From Gemmatimonas sp. (GTDB lineage Bacteria; Gemmatimonadota; Gemmatimonadetes; Gemmatimonadales; Gemmatimonadaceae): a DNA stretch of 64,000 bases. Below the pieces are notes generated by a model. That model was not told where the DNA came from, searched no databases, and saw nothing but the letters and a program-made list of their open reading frames with translations. The position numbers were made by a program, and so were the translations under genes. This document shows positions 1-9,277 of the stretch, piece after piece. The stretch lies in NCBI GenBank assembly GCA_965279375.1, contig OZ257156.1, positions 672,001-736,000 on the forward strand, written 5' to 3'. Position 1 is the first letter of the stretch, and every line of letters starts with the position of its first letter.

Positions 1-14
1 GCGACGCCTCCGTC

Positions 15-1166
15 GTGCTCGACACGGTGGTGATCGAGTCCGTCGTCGACCCCGAAACACTCGACGAACTCGATCCCGAACCGCTGCTCGACACCAAGCT
101 CTCGCTCTGGGCCGTGGTCTTCGCCGGTGGCATCGGCACCCGGTTCTGGCCGCTCAGTACGCCAGAGCGCCCCAAGCAGGTGTTGGCGCTGGTGAATGAA
201 CGCCCGCTCATCGCGGACACGATCGCACGCCTGGCGCCGCTGGTGCCCGCTGAACGTGTGCTGGTGGTCACGAGCGCGGACATCGCCGACGCGCTGCACG
301 AAGCGATCCCGGAAATTCCGCGTGCGAATCTGCTGATCGAGCCGCGCCCGCTGGGCACCGCCGCCGCGTTGGCGTGGGGGGCACAGGAAGTGGCCAAGCG
401 CGCCGGGCCGGATACGGTGTTCTGCGCGCTGCATGCCGACCTCGCCGCGTCCAACCCGGCCGGATTTCGGGAGACGGTGCGTCGGGCCGCGCAGATCGCT
501 GCGACCGAAGATCTGCTCGTCACCATCGGTGCGCGACCGACGCGCTGCGAAACGGGGTTTGGCTATCTGCAGGCCGGCGCGCCGATCGATCCGTTCGTTG
601 GACGTGCCGACGGTGGCGCCTGTCGTGTTGAGCATTTCGTCGAGAAGCCGACCGCAGCGCTGGCCGACATGCTGATCGATAAGGGAGCGCTCTGGAACAC
701 GGGCATCTTCATCTGGCGCGCCAGTGTCGTACTGAAGGAGATCGAGTCGAACGTCGCCGAAATCAGCATGGGCTTGCCGCTCCTCGCGGCCGGCGATGCA
801 CCCACGTTCGCGTCGATGGTCACCTCGATTTCGATCGAGCGCGGCCTGCTCGAGCGCAGCGACAGTGTCGTCGTCGTGCAGGGCGACTTCGGCTGGGATG
901 ATGTGGGCACGTGGGCCTCATTGCGGCGCGTGCGCGAACTCGACGACACCGGCAATGGCACCATGGGCGACGTGCATTGCATCGACGCCTCGGGCAATGT
1001 GGTGCACGCCGATGGCAGTTGCGTCGTCGCCTACGGCGTTTCGGGGATGCTCGTCGTGTCCATTCGCGGTCTGACGTTCGTGACCACCTTGGAGCGCGCC
1101 ACGGAGCTTGGTCCGCTCCTCAACGCGCTCCCAGGTTCGCTGCGATTCAATCCGGGCGGTCACTAG
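15..1166 (+). CDS. manC: Mannose-1-phosphate guanylyltransferase (ManC-like, no PMI domain)
   Basis: FAGGIGTRFWPLS..PKQ nucleotidyltransferase motif, ETGFGYL, FVEKP, WNTGIF and GWDDVGTW; start uncertain near window edge. Confidence 0.85.
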   Translation: MLDTVVIESVVDPETLDELDPEPLLDTKLSLWAVVFAGGIGTRFWPLSTPERPKQVLALVNERPLIADTIARLAPLVPAERVLVVTSADIADALHEAIPEIPRANLLIEPRPLGTAAALAWGAQEVAKRAGPDTVFCALHADLAASNPAGFRETVRRAAQIAATEDLLVTIGARPTRCETGFGYLQAGAPIDPFVGRADGGACRVEHFVEKPTAALADMLIDKGALWNTGIFIWRASVVLKEIESNVAEISMGLPLLAAGDAPTFASMVTSISIERGLLERSDSVVVVQGDFGWDDVGTWASLRRVRELDDTGNGTMGDVHCIDASGNVVHADGSCVVAYGVSGMLVVSIRGLTFVTTLERATELGPLLNALPGSLRFNPGGH

Positions 1167-1347
1167 CGCGCGTTCGGCGTCGGGTTCACCGCAGGGGGCA
1201 GGCGATCCCGCTCGCCCGGCAAGCGTGTGGCGAAGCGCTGCGCCTCACCCAGCCGTTCGACCTCGAGCGCGGGCGCTGCAACCATGTGCCCCACCCGTGC
1301 ATCGCCCACACAAGCTGACGGCGCCGGCGACCATCCGATCCGGCGAT

Positions 1348-1818
1348 CTAGTGATCGTAGCTGACGGCGCGGGAGACTTGCCAGCCATTGGCCGTGCGTC
1401 GCCAGACGTGGGTGAACTTGAATGTGCCACACTCCTGGCGCCCGTTCTCGCGATGACAGAATTGGTGGACGCCAACTTCGATCGCCCCATAGTCACGGAC
1501 CGGATAGACCTCGATTGGGCCCACGAGCGTGCGGCGAATGTCGGGGCTTTGCGTGAAGGTGCTGGTGAGGCCGGCCATCGCCTGTGCCCACGTCAGCAAA
1601 CCGCCCGTGTCGTGGTAGAACTCGAGATCGGGCGCGAAGAAGCGACCGAGTTGGTCGCCATCATGCGCGTTGTACGCCGCGAACATCGTGGAATCCGCGC
1701 GCTCGATTTCCTGTCGCAAGGAGGCCGTCGTCGGCTTCGATGGTTGTGCGGCGAGTGTCGACGCGAACGCGAAGGTCGCGAGGAAGCCGAGCGTGGCGAG
1801 ACATGGGGGACGCAGCAT
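1348..1818 (-). CDS. NTF2-like/DUF4440 family exported protein
   Basis: Signal peptide, then ADSTMFAAYNAHD..FFAPDLEFYHD..GAIEVGVHQF..FTHVW..SRAVSYDH. Confidence 0.8.
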   Translation of the reverse strand: MLRPPCLATLGFLATFAFASTLAAQPSKPTTASLRQEIERADSTMFAAYNAHDGDQLGRFFAPDLEFYHDTGGLLTWAQAMAGLTSTFTQSPDIRRTLVGPIEVYPVRDYGAIEVGVHQFCHRENGRQECGTFKFTHVWRRTANGWQVSRAVSYDH

Positions 1819-1927
1819 GGACTGGGGCGTGGGCAAGAGTGCGGAGGGACCGGGCGTGGTGGTCCGTACGGCGCTCGCCCTGCATCGGTTCCGGGCCCGC
1901 CGCGGCCAGTCTGGCGCCGCACGCGCG

Positions 1928-2038
1928 CTCTAACCATGCGTTGCGGCTGACAGCGGAATCTAGAAGTGCCGCTCTTGCTCCCTGCGGTCGCTGGGCGCAT
2001 CCTTTGGAAGGCCCTGCAGCAGGCCGCAAGCGTTATGC
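1928..2038 (+). mobile_element. Integron attC-like recombination site (degenerate), best-preserved copy
   Basis: CTCTAAC-catgc-GTTGCGGC-TGAC at left end; GCAGCAGGCC-gcaagc-GTTATGC at right end; TTGCGGC/GCCGCAA arms; 111 bp; next ATG lies 28 nt downstream. Confidence 0.7.
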
Positions 2039-2065
2039 AACACCATGCATTGAATCGGAGGCAGC

Positions 2066-2530
2066 ATGGCGCTGGAAACGAGTCCCGTCGCGCGTGCGCA
2101 GATGCTCATTCGACGACCGGTTGCGGATGTGTTCGCGGCCTTCATCGAGCCGTCCATCACGAGTCACTTTTGGTTCACGCGCGGGAGTGCGCCCCTCACG
2201 ACCGGTGCGACCGTGACGTGGTACTGGGACATGTATGGCGTCTCCGCGTCGGTCGCTGTGAAGGACGTCGTACCCAACCACCGTATCGCGATCGAATGGC
2301 CGACGCCTGTCGAATGGCAGTTCGAGGCGACCGGGGCGGACCAGACGCTCGTGACGATTACGGCGTCGGGATTTGTCGGCCCCGACGACGCACGCGTCGC
2401 GCACGCCATCGACGCGATGGGTGGATTCAGCCTGACGCTGGCCGGCTGCAAAGCCTGGCTGGAGCACGGGATCGAGCTCAACCTGGTCGCCGATCACCAT
2501 CCGGCCGCTCACGTCCAGCGCGACGCCTGA
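2066..2530 (+). CDS. SRPBCC/AHSA1 (START-like) domain protein
   Basis: MLIRRPVADVFAAFIEPSITSHFWFTRGS...GGFSLTLAGCKAWLEHGI; GGAGG RBS. Confidence 0.88.
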   Translation: MALETSPVARAQMLIRRPVADVFAAFIEPSITSHFWFTRGSAPLTTGATVTWYWDMYGVSASVAVKDVVPNHRIAIEWPTPVEWQFEATGADQTLVTITASGFVGPDDARVAHAIDAMGGFSLTLAGCKAWLEHGIELNLVADHHPAAHVQRDA

Positions 2531-2585
2531 GTTCGAAGGCGCTGACTTCCGAGGGTGTAACCGGCACGCAGCTGCGGCCGTAGGC
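2525..2585 (+). mobile_element. Degenerate attC-like remnant
   Basis: GCCTGAG overlaps the upstream stop codon; inner GCTGAC...GCAGCTG pair; ends CGTAGGC (one base short of GTTAGGC) just before the next ATG. Confidence 0.4.
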
Positions 2586-2591
2586 CACACT

Positions 2592-3734
2592 ATGCCTGCT
2601 CTCCGTGGGATGCTCGTCTCGACACTCGCGATCGGCGCCGGAATGGCGTGTGCGCCACGGCGCGCGGCGCAGACCGCTCCCGCGGTCAACCGCGACGATG
2701 CCGTGGCGGCCCAAGCGTTGTTCGCGCGGTTTGAAGCACTCCGCGACACGCTGCGCATTCCCGGTCTTGCCGCCGTCGTGCTACGGGATACGACGGTCGT
2801 TTTGGCGCGCGGATTTGGATTGGCGAACGTGGAGCGCGCGATTCCGGTCACACCGGAAACCCCGTTCAACATCGCGTCGGTCACGAAGCCGATCTCCGCA
2901 GTCGTCGCCCTGCGCCTCGTGCAGGACGGGCGCCTCGACCTCAAACGGCCCATGCGCAGCTATCGCGACTTCGTCGAGTTCTGCACGGCTGCGCGCGAGG
3001 ATGGCGGCATCTTCTTTGGCGACTACGCGTGCGGCGACGACCAACTCACGCTGCGGCACGTGCTGTCCATGACGGCGAATGGCCCACCGGGGAGCCGCTT
3101 CTGGTACAACCCGCCGTCCTATTCGTGGGCGTCGCGTCCGATGGCCGAGGTCTCCGGCCATGCGTTCTCCGACTTGGTCGACTCGCTCGTGTTGCGTCCG
3201 GCCGGTATGCGTCACGCCGCCCGCCAGCATCGACGGCTCCCGCTTCCTCCCGATATCGCGGCGTCGTTGGCGACCCCCTATCACGTGGATTCCGCTGGCC
3301 GGCTGCAGCAGTCCGCCCCGCCGCCGCCACAAGGGGATGGGGCGGCCGGCGGGGTGATCGCCAGCGCGATGGACCTCGCCCGCTTTGATATCGCACTCGC
3401 GCGCGGCGAGTTGCTCACGCCGGCTTCCCGAGCGGCGATGTGGACGTCGGCCCGTACGGCCGACGGCCGTGAGCTTCCCTACGGACTGGGGTGGTTTCTC
3501 GCGAGCGTCGGGGGCCGCCGCCTCGCGTGGCACACCGGGCTCTGGGACGGCCAGTACTCGGCGCTCTATCTCAAAGTGTTGGGCGACACGCCCGCTGAAC
3601 GGCTCACGCTGGTGCTGCTGGCGAACAGTGAAGCGCTGCGGTGGCCGACGCGCCTGGATGAAGCGGCCATCGAACGATCCGCCTTCGCCACCGCGTTCCT
3701 GGCCGCCTTCCCCACACGCGGGCGCGCACCCTGA
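2592..3734 (+). CDS. Serine hydrolase, beta-lactamase/class C-like family, probable lipoprotein
   Basis: FNIASVTK (SxxK), FWYNP, WHTG motifs; N-terminal signal with Cys. Confidence 0.85.
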   Translation: MPALRGMLVSTLAIGAGMACAPRRAAQTAPAVNRDDAVAAQALFARFEALRDTLRIPGLAAVVLRDTTVVLARGFGLANVERAIPVTPETPFNIASVTKPISAVVALRLVQDGRLDLKRPMRSYRDFVEFCTAAREDGGIFFGDYACGDDQLTLRHVLSMTANGPPGSRFWYNPPSYSWASRPMAEVSGHAFSDLVDSLVLRPAGMRHAARQHRRLPLPPDIAASLATPYHVDSAGRLQQSAPPPPQGDGAAGGVIASAMDLARFDIALARGELLTPASRAAMWTSARTADGRELPYGLGWFLASVGGRRLAWHTGLWDGQYSALYLKVLGDTPAERLTLVLLANSEALRWPTRLDEAAIERSAFATAFLAAFPTRGRAP

Positions 3735-3756
3735 CCGACCAGCATCCTGCTGCGTC

Positions 3757-3870
3757 GTCTAACTGTGCGTCGCAGCGTGCACAACAGCCAACCATGCGTG
3801 CTTGCACGCTGACGAAGCCACTCGAGGCGCGGTCGCGAATGATCTGTGTGCTCGCCACACCGCGCCTTCT
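3757..3870 (+). mobile_element. Degenerate attC-like remnant (left half only)
   Basis: GTCTAAC-tgtgc-GTCGCAGC gives R''/spacer/L'' geometry; second GCCAACCATGCG..GCTGACG half-site; no clear GTTRRRY end. Confidence 0.35.
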
Positions 3871-3903
3871 TCACGTACCACCTCACTCAACAGAGTAACG
3901 TCG

Positions 3904-5322
3904 ATGCGATGCTTGACGCTGTTCGTGGCGGTCAGCTTGACCGCTGGCGCCCTCCACGCGCAGCAAACGTCGGAGCCCCCGCTGCGCGAGTACGTCGGCA
4001 CGTACACGTACGGCCCCGGGCGCTCGTTGGAGATTGTGGCGGGCGATGTGCTGTTCGCCGTGCTCGATGACGCGAAGTACAAACTGCGTCGCGTTGGCGG
4101 TGACACGTTCGTGAACGGCGTCGGCGACACCATCCCGTTTCGCCGTAACGCCAAGGGGGTGGTGACGGGATTTGAGGAGCGTGGCGCGCGCCATGCGCGC
4201 ATCAGTCCACGGGTTCGCGCGCAGTCGGCTGCGCTGGCGTGGCCTCGTAGGGTGCAGGTGGGTGCCGCCACACCCTATCACTATCGCGCACCAGCGCGGC
4301 GCGCGGATGGCATCGCGGTGGGCGACATCGCGGCCTCCGATCTCGACTCGACCACGGCCGCACGGATCGTGAACGGTGTGCTGGATGGCACGTATGCGGA
4401 CGTCCACGGCGTCCTCCTCTTTCAGCGCGGCGCGCTCGTCCTCGAGGAGTACTTCTACGGCTACGACGCGACGCGCACGCACCAATTGCGCTCAGCGACC
4501 AAGTCCTTCGTGAGCGCGCTCGCAGGCATCGCGGTGGATCGTGGCGCCGTCGCGAATGCGGAGGTGCCCGTACTCGCGGCCATGCCGTATGCGCAGTACA
4601 CGCACCCGGATCCGCGAAAGGCAGCGATGACCCTTGGTCAGCTACTGAGTATGCGCTCCGGCCTCGCGTGCAATGACTACGATGGGACGTCCCCGGGACG
4701 CGAAACGGAGATCTATACGACGCCGGACTGGGTGAAGGCCACGTTGGATCTCCCGATGGCGACCGATCCCGGGCAGGTGGCGCACTACTGCTCTGGAGGG
4801 GTTGCTGTCGTGGGACGCATGGTGGAACGCGCCGTCCACCGTCCGCTGCCCGCCTTCGCCCAGCAGTACCTCTTCGCGCCGCTCGGTATTCCGCGCACGC
4901 ATTGGTCGTGGAACTACACGCTGACGAACACCAACACCGAGTTTTCGCAGCTGCATGTGCGTCCCCGCGACTTGCTCAAGTTCGGGCTGTTGTTCGCCAA
5001 CGGTGGTACGTGGCACGGCACACGTATCATTTCCGAGGAATGGGTGCGTGCCTCACTCGCCGAGCAGACCCAACTCGACGGAACAGGCTACGGCTACTTC
5101 TGGTGGCGTCCGTACTTGAATGTCAGCACGCCGCAGGGCGTACAGCGCGTGTACGTGAATGCCGCGCAAGGCAACGGCGGGCAGAAGATCTACATCATCC
5201 CCGCGCTCGATCTGGTGGCCGTATTTCTCGGCGGCGACTACAACTCCGGTGGATCTCCGCCGAACAAGATCATGGCTGGCGTCATTCTGCCCCGGCTGCT
5301 CGAGACCCGTCGCGCGCACTGA
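3904..5322 (+). CDS. Secreted serine hydrolase (beta-lactamase/NylB-like) with N-terminal DUF3471-like domain
   Basis: Signal peptide; HQLRSATKS (SxxK), HYCSG, YGYFWW, AQGNGGQ. Confidence 0.85.
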   Translation: MRCLTLFVAVSLTAGALHAQQTSEPPLREYVGTYTYGPGRSLEIVAGDVLFAVLDDAKYKLRRVGGDTFVNGVGDTIPFRRNAKGVVTGFEERGARHARISPRVRAQSAALAWPRRVQVGAATPYHYRAPARRADGIAVGDIAASDLDSTTAARIVNGVLDGTYADVHGVLLFQRGALVLEEYFYGYDATRTHQLRSATKSFVSALAGIAVDRGAVANAEVPVLAAMPYAQYTHPDPRKAAMTLGQLLSMRSGLACNDYDGTSPGRETEIYTTPDWVKATLDLPMATDPGQVAHYCSGGVAVVGRMVERAVHRPLPAFAQQYLFAPLGIPRTHWSWNYTLTNTNTEFSQLHVRPRDLLKFGLLFANGGTWHGTRIISEEWVRASLAEQTQLDGTGYGYFWWRPYLNVSTPQGVQRVYVNAAQGNGGQKIYIIPALDLVAVFLGGDYNSGGSPPNKIMAGVILPRLLETRRAH

Positions 5323-5384
5323 CACGACGCGCACACCATCCACACCGGCGCGCCTCATGGCCTGTGTGTTCTGCGACAGTATCG

Positions 5385-5474
5385 ATCTAGAAGTACCTGA
5401 CAGGGGCGCCGCCAAACCCGCGCTTCGCGCGCACATCGGTCGGACGCCCCCGCAAGTGCGTTACCGCGTTAAAC
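5385..5474 (+). mobile_element. Degenerate attC-like site
   Basis: ACCTGACAGGGGCG...CGCCCCCGCAAGT arms, central CGCGC-TTC-GCGCG hairpin, terminal GTTAAAC (GTTRRRY); shares ATCTAGAAGT with the site at 1928-2038. Confidence 0.55.
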
Positions 5475-5483
5475 GAGAGCGGA

Positions 5484-6974
5484 TCAGGCGCGCGCCCGAT
5501 TGCGACGCGCTATAGCCACCAGCGCCAACAAGCCGCCGGCAACCAACACGACACTCTCAGGCTCGGGCGTCACCACCGGCACATAGCCGTTGATGTCGGC
5601 CGTGTACGCCTGGAGCACGCCGGGGATCATGGCGTAGTCCGACGTCAGCGACATCGCACTGGCGTCGAAGGTGCTGAAGCAGCCCGCGGTCATGCCAATC
5701 GGGCACTGGATCGACGTTGCATACGGATCGGTATCCGTGAAGCGCACGTACACGTCGAACTGCGTGCCGGCGCCGTTCTGCGTCACGCTGAAGTCGTTGT
5801 CGGTGCCCATGAGCATCATGTACGAACCGTTCGCCAGCTGCGGCCCAATGGCAAAGCCTTCCATCTTTTCCGGCGCACGATTCCCAAGCGCGGCAAGCGA
5901 GTTCGCGTCGAGGTCGATCAGCTTGCCGCTCTTGTTCGCGGCCAGATAGCCTGACGGCAGGTTGCCAGTGGCCGGCAGGTTGATGCCCGAGACATCGGTG
6001 GCGTTGCTCAGGTCGATCTGGAAAATGTTCTTGTCCGGCGAGCCGAGCGTCGCACCGGCGCCGATGCCGCGATTGTTGCGCTCGAGCACGAGGAATTTGT
6101 CGTTGCCCAGCGCGACGAGCGCGGAGATGCCGCGGCCCTGCCCGATGCTTTCCAGCTTGTAGGCATACTGCGCGACTGCCTTACCGGTGGCGATTTCATA
6201 CTTCACGATGCGCGTGTAAATGCCGCGCGTCCCGGCGCCGGTGTTCGGATCGATCGTGTAGCCATCGTTGCGGGTGCCGTTCTGCAGCATCGCGTAGGCG
6301 TACTGGCCGTCGGGGCTGATGGCGAGTCCTTCATAGCCACGATTGGGTTCGCGACCAGCGATCAGCGTCGGGTCGCCTGGAGCGGCGGGCACTGGCAACG
6401 CGGTGTAGTTCTGTCCAGCGCTGGTCTGCGGCACGAGGTTAGCCGGTACTTCGAAACGGCGCAGCATGTTGCCGCTGCGATCGAACTCGAGCAGCGATGG
6501 ACCGTACTCGTCGGAGATCAGGAAGTGGCCGGTGCGCGGATCGACGACGAGTCCTTCCGGGTCGAACGAACTGCCCAGCACCCCCGCGCCCACATTCGGC
6601 GACACGCCCGGGGCGAGGCCGTTGAGCGGCACGCCGTTGGACTTGAGCAGCACCGTCTGCAACACCTGGAAGTTGCTGATCGCGCCCGTCGTGCCATCGA
6701 CGGTCAGCGAGAAGCGGCTCAGGCGCGTGTCGTATGACAGCACGCCGCCGCCGGGCCCACGATCGGCGATGCCCCACCACTCGTTGGCGTTGCGATCGTA
6801 ATAGAGATCCGAGAACATGCCGAGCCGGCTGAACGACTGCCCCGTGCCGTCGAGCGTCGTGGCGGGCACCGCGATGCCGTTGCGATACGTGATGTTGCTC
6901 AACGTCTGCGCAGACAGCGGCGCCGCGAGCGTGAGTGCGAACGACATCGCGAGCGATGTGCGGTGGAGCGTCAT
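5484..6974 (-). CDS. Esterase-like activity of phytase family protein with PEP-CTERM sorting signal
   Basis: ADRGPGGG, DPEGL, SDEYGP, NRGYEGLA, EKMEG, TDNDF motifs; C-terminal VTPEPES + TM helix + RRNRARA. Confidence 0.85.
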   Translation of the reverse strand: MTLHRTSLAMSFALTLAAPLSAQTLSNITYRNGIAVPATTLDGTGQSFSRLGMFSDLYYDRNANEWWGIADRGPGGGVLSYDTRLSRFSLTVDGTTGAISNFQVLQTVLLKSNGVPLNGLAPGVSPNVGAGVLGSSFDPEGLVVDPRTGHFLISDEYGPSLLEFDRSGNMLRRFEVPANLVPQTSAGQNYTALPVPAAPGDPTLIAGREPNRGYEGLAISPDGQYAYAMLQNGTRNDGYTIDPNTGAGTRGIYTRIVKYEIATGKAVAQYAYKLESIGQGRGISALVALGNDKFLVLERNNRGIGAGATLGSPDKNIFQIDLSNATDVSGINLPATGNLPSGYLAANKSGKLIDLDANSLAALGNRAPEKMEGFAIGPQLANGSYMMLMGTDNDFSVTQNGAGTQFDVYVRFTDTDPYATSIQCPIGMTAGCFSTFDASAMSLTSDYAMIPGVLQAYTADINGYVPVVTPEPESVVLVAGGLLALVAIARRNRARA

Positions 6975-7160
6975 CGGATCCTCTACGGTACGCGAAGATT
7001 TCTGTTGGTCTTCGGCTGTTTGCCGACGGGTCCAATTGAAGTCGCATACCAGAATCCGACGAGAGCGTGTAGCCGTCTGTGAACCAACCGAAACGTCGCC
7101 GTGACATTCGCGGCGAGCCCGGGCAGACGGAGACCGGCCGTTAGTCTCCCTTAATCGCTG

Positions 7161-7955
7161 CTAGTCTCCGCGAAACACCGGCGCGCGCTTCTCGCGGAAC
7201 GCTGCCATCGCTTCGCGTACGTCCGCGCTCGCGAAGCAGCTCTTGATCTGCGTCAGCTCGTCGCGCAGTTGCGTATCGAGTGACGCGCTCGCGCTCGACA
7301 GCATCAGCCGCTTCGTCAGCGCCAGCGCGATCGGCGGGCCCGCGGCAAGTCGTGCGGCATACGCCTCCACATCGGCGCCAAACGATTCGTCGGCGAGCAC
7401 CGCCGTCGCCAACCCGAGGCGCTCTGCCTCCTCCGACGCGATGTCACGACCGGTGAGCACGATGTCCATGGCACGCGCGTGGCCCACCAGCCGCGGCAGA
7501 AACCAGGTGACGCCCGCATCCGGCGACAGCCCACGTCGCACGTAGCCGGCGGTGCAGCGCGCGCCCGCGCTGATGAGCCGAAGATCACACGCCAGCGCCA
7601 GCCCAAACCCCGCCCCCGCCGCGGCCCCGTTCACCGCAGCGATCACCGGTTTGTCGCACTGCGTGATGGCCTGCACCCAGCGGCCCACCCAGCGGTACGG
7701 GTCGAGGCGCTCGTCGCGCGATCCGGCCGCAGGATCGGTCGCTTCCGCGAGGTCGAGCCCGGCGCAGAAGCCGCGCCCTGCCCCGGTGATCACCACCACA
7801 CGCACCGCGTCGTCGCGCGACGCCGCCTGCACCGCCACCGGCAGTTCGTCGGCGAGCCGCGGATTCACCGCGTTCAGGCGTTCCGGACGGTTGAGCGTGA
7901 TGCGTCGGACACCCTCCGCCGACGTGTCGATCAACAGATGGGCGAACTCGGTCAT
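7161..7955 (-). CDS. Enoyl-CoA hydratase/isomerase family protein
   Basis: TLNRPERLNA, GRGFCAGLDL, KPVIAAVNGAAAGAG, AFREKRAPVFRG. Confidence 0.92.
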   Translation of the reverse strand: MTEFAHLLIDTSAEGVRRITLNRPERLNAVNPRLADELPVAVQAASRDDAVRVVVITGAGRGFCAGLDLAEATDPAAGSRDERLDPYRWVGRWVQAITQCDKPVIAAVNGAAAGAGFGLALACDLRLISAGARCTAGYVRRGLSPDAGVTWFLPRLVGHARAMDIVLTGRDIASEEAERLGLATAVLADESFGADVEAYAARLAAGPPIALALTKRLMLSSASASLDTQLRDELTQIKSCFASADVREAMAAFREKRAPVFRGD

Positions 7956-8210
7956 GACTTCCCCGGAAGGCGTTTCGGCGCGGTGGAGTACCACGCGGCC
8001 CTTGGACTGGACCCGACAACGGTGCGCTGCCGCCCCAATGTTGTCCACGTGTTCTCCACCGGACTGGTGCGCACTCACGAATGGCGACCACTACCGCCCG
8101 GACGGGTGCTCCCGCTAGATCATTCACACGAGCCGCAGCACCGCGTCTTCCCGCGGTGTTTCAATCGTCCTCCGCCAGCACCGTCTGGCGCCTTTCCAGT
8201 TCTCCGCATC

Positions 8211-8699
8211 ATGCCATCAACACGCACCGCCGCGAACGCGAAGATCATGGACGACGCGCACGCGATGGATGTCCTCACCCCGCTGTCGTGCGCTGACGCG
8301 CTCGGCCGCACCGCCGCCGAAACCTGTCGCCAGCACGAGCGCCTCGCGCGCCTGATGTCGCTGGGCGTGGCACAGTCGGAGCTGGAAGCCGCGCACGCTC
8401 TGGTGGACACCTGCGATCTCGCGCTCGCCGAATGCGTGCGTGACTTCGAGAAGGTCTGCGCCAAGGCCCCGTCTGCCGATGACGCCGACCTGCGCCAGAA
8501 GGCCAACGCGCTCTGGCTTTCGGCGCGCGAGTATCTGCGTCGTCACTCCATCGCGGAGAAGGCTTCGCGCCAGCTCACGCAGCACGGCTCGGAAAAGCTG
8601 AACGACCTGCACTTCGAGTACGAGCTCGTCGCTTCGGCGATCCTGGGCCTCAAGCACGCCACCACCGCGTTCGCCAAGGGCCGCCCGCAAGCGCAATAG
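8211..8699 (+). CDS. Hypothetical alpha-helical protein
   Basis: Strong GC3 codon bias from ATG 8211; no recognised motif. Confidence 0.7.
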   Translation: MPSTRTAANAKIMDDAHAMDVLTPLSCADALGRTAAETCRQHERLARLMSLGVAQSELEAAHALVDTCDLALAECVRDFEKVCAKAPSADDADLRQKANALWLSAREYLRRHSIAEKASRQLTQHGSEKLNDLHFEYELVASAILGLKHATTAFAKGRPQAQ

Positions 8700-8712
8700 T
8701 TGTCGCGCTGCC

Positions 8713-9270
8713 TCAGCCGGTGCTCGCCACCGGCTGCAGCCCAGTGCCAAGGTCCAGCTCCAGGAGCTTGCGCGACGGCTGCGGATCGCGGGTGAGATAG
8801 ATCTGCAGCCGCTCCACGATGCACGGCGCGGTGACGCGAAGTGCCAGCAGTTCACGCTCGGTTTGCGGCGTGAGCGTCGGGTAGAAGCTCAACGTGCAGT
8901 GTGGCGAGAACATGAACCGCGCCGGCCGGAACGGCAGCCCGCTTCGCGCGATGCGCTCGTGCAGCGTGCGCAGCGGGCCATGCACGTCGAGCGGCAATGA
9001 CACAATCTCGGTCTGCATGAACCGGTGCGGCGCGCCGAACTTGAGCGACATCGGTGCCGTGCTCGCGAGGATCGGCTCCAACGCGGCCCGGATACGCTCG
9101 GCAGGCGTGTCGGTCGGGATGGATCCGACGCCTGACGACCCCACCAGCGTGATGTGCGGCGGCGTGAGGCGCGCGAGCTTGGGATCGTAACGCTGCTGAA
9201 TCTCGCGCACGATCCGTCCTGCCTCGCCGGGAAGCTCTGCCAACACGAAGATTCCGAAAGACGGGGCCAT
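8713..9270 (-). CDS. 2H phosphoesterase (2'-5' RNA ligase-like) family protein
   Basis: Two HxT motifs: PPHITL and SPHCTL. Confidence 0.85.
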   Translation of the reverse strand: MAPSFGIFVLAELPGEAGRIVREIQQRYDPKLARLTPPHITLVGSSGVGSIPTDTPAERIRAALEPILASTAPMSLKFGAPHRFMQTEIVSLPLDVHGPLRTLHERIARSGLPFRPARFMFSPHCTLSFYPTLTPQTERELLALRVTAPCIVERLQIYLTRDPQPSRKLLELDLGTGLQPVASTG

Positions 9271-9277
9271 GAAGTCA

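Noticed and set aside
1167..1347. Short ORF or remnant between manC and the DUF4440 gene
   Set aside because: No recognisable motif, RBS or consistent codon bias in any frame.
2592..5322. Calling the serine hydrolases true beta-lactam resistance genes
   Set aside because: The SxxK fold is shared with esterases and D-peptidases; no class A/C-specific signature can be confirmed without an assay.
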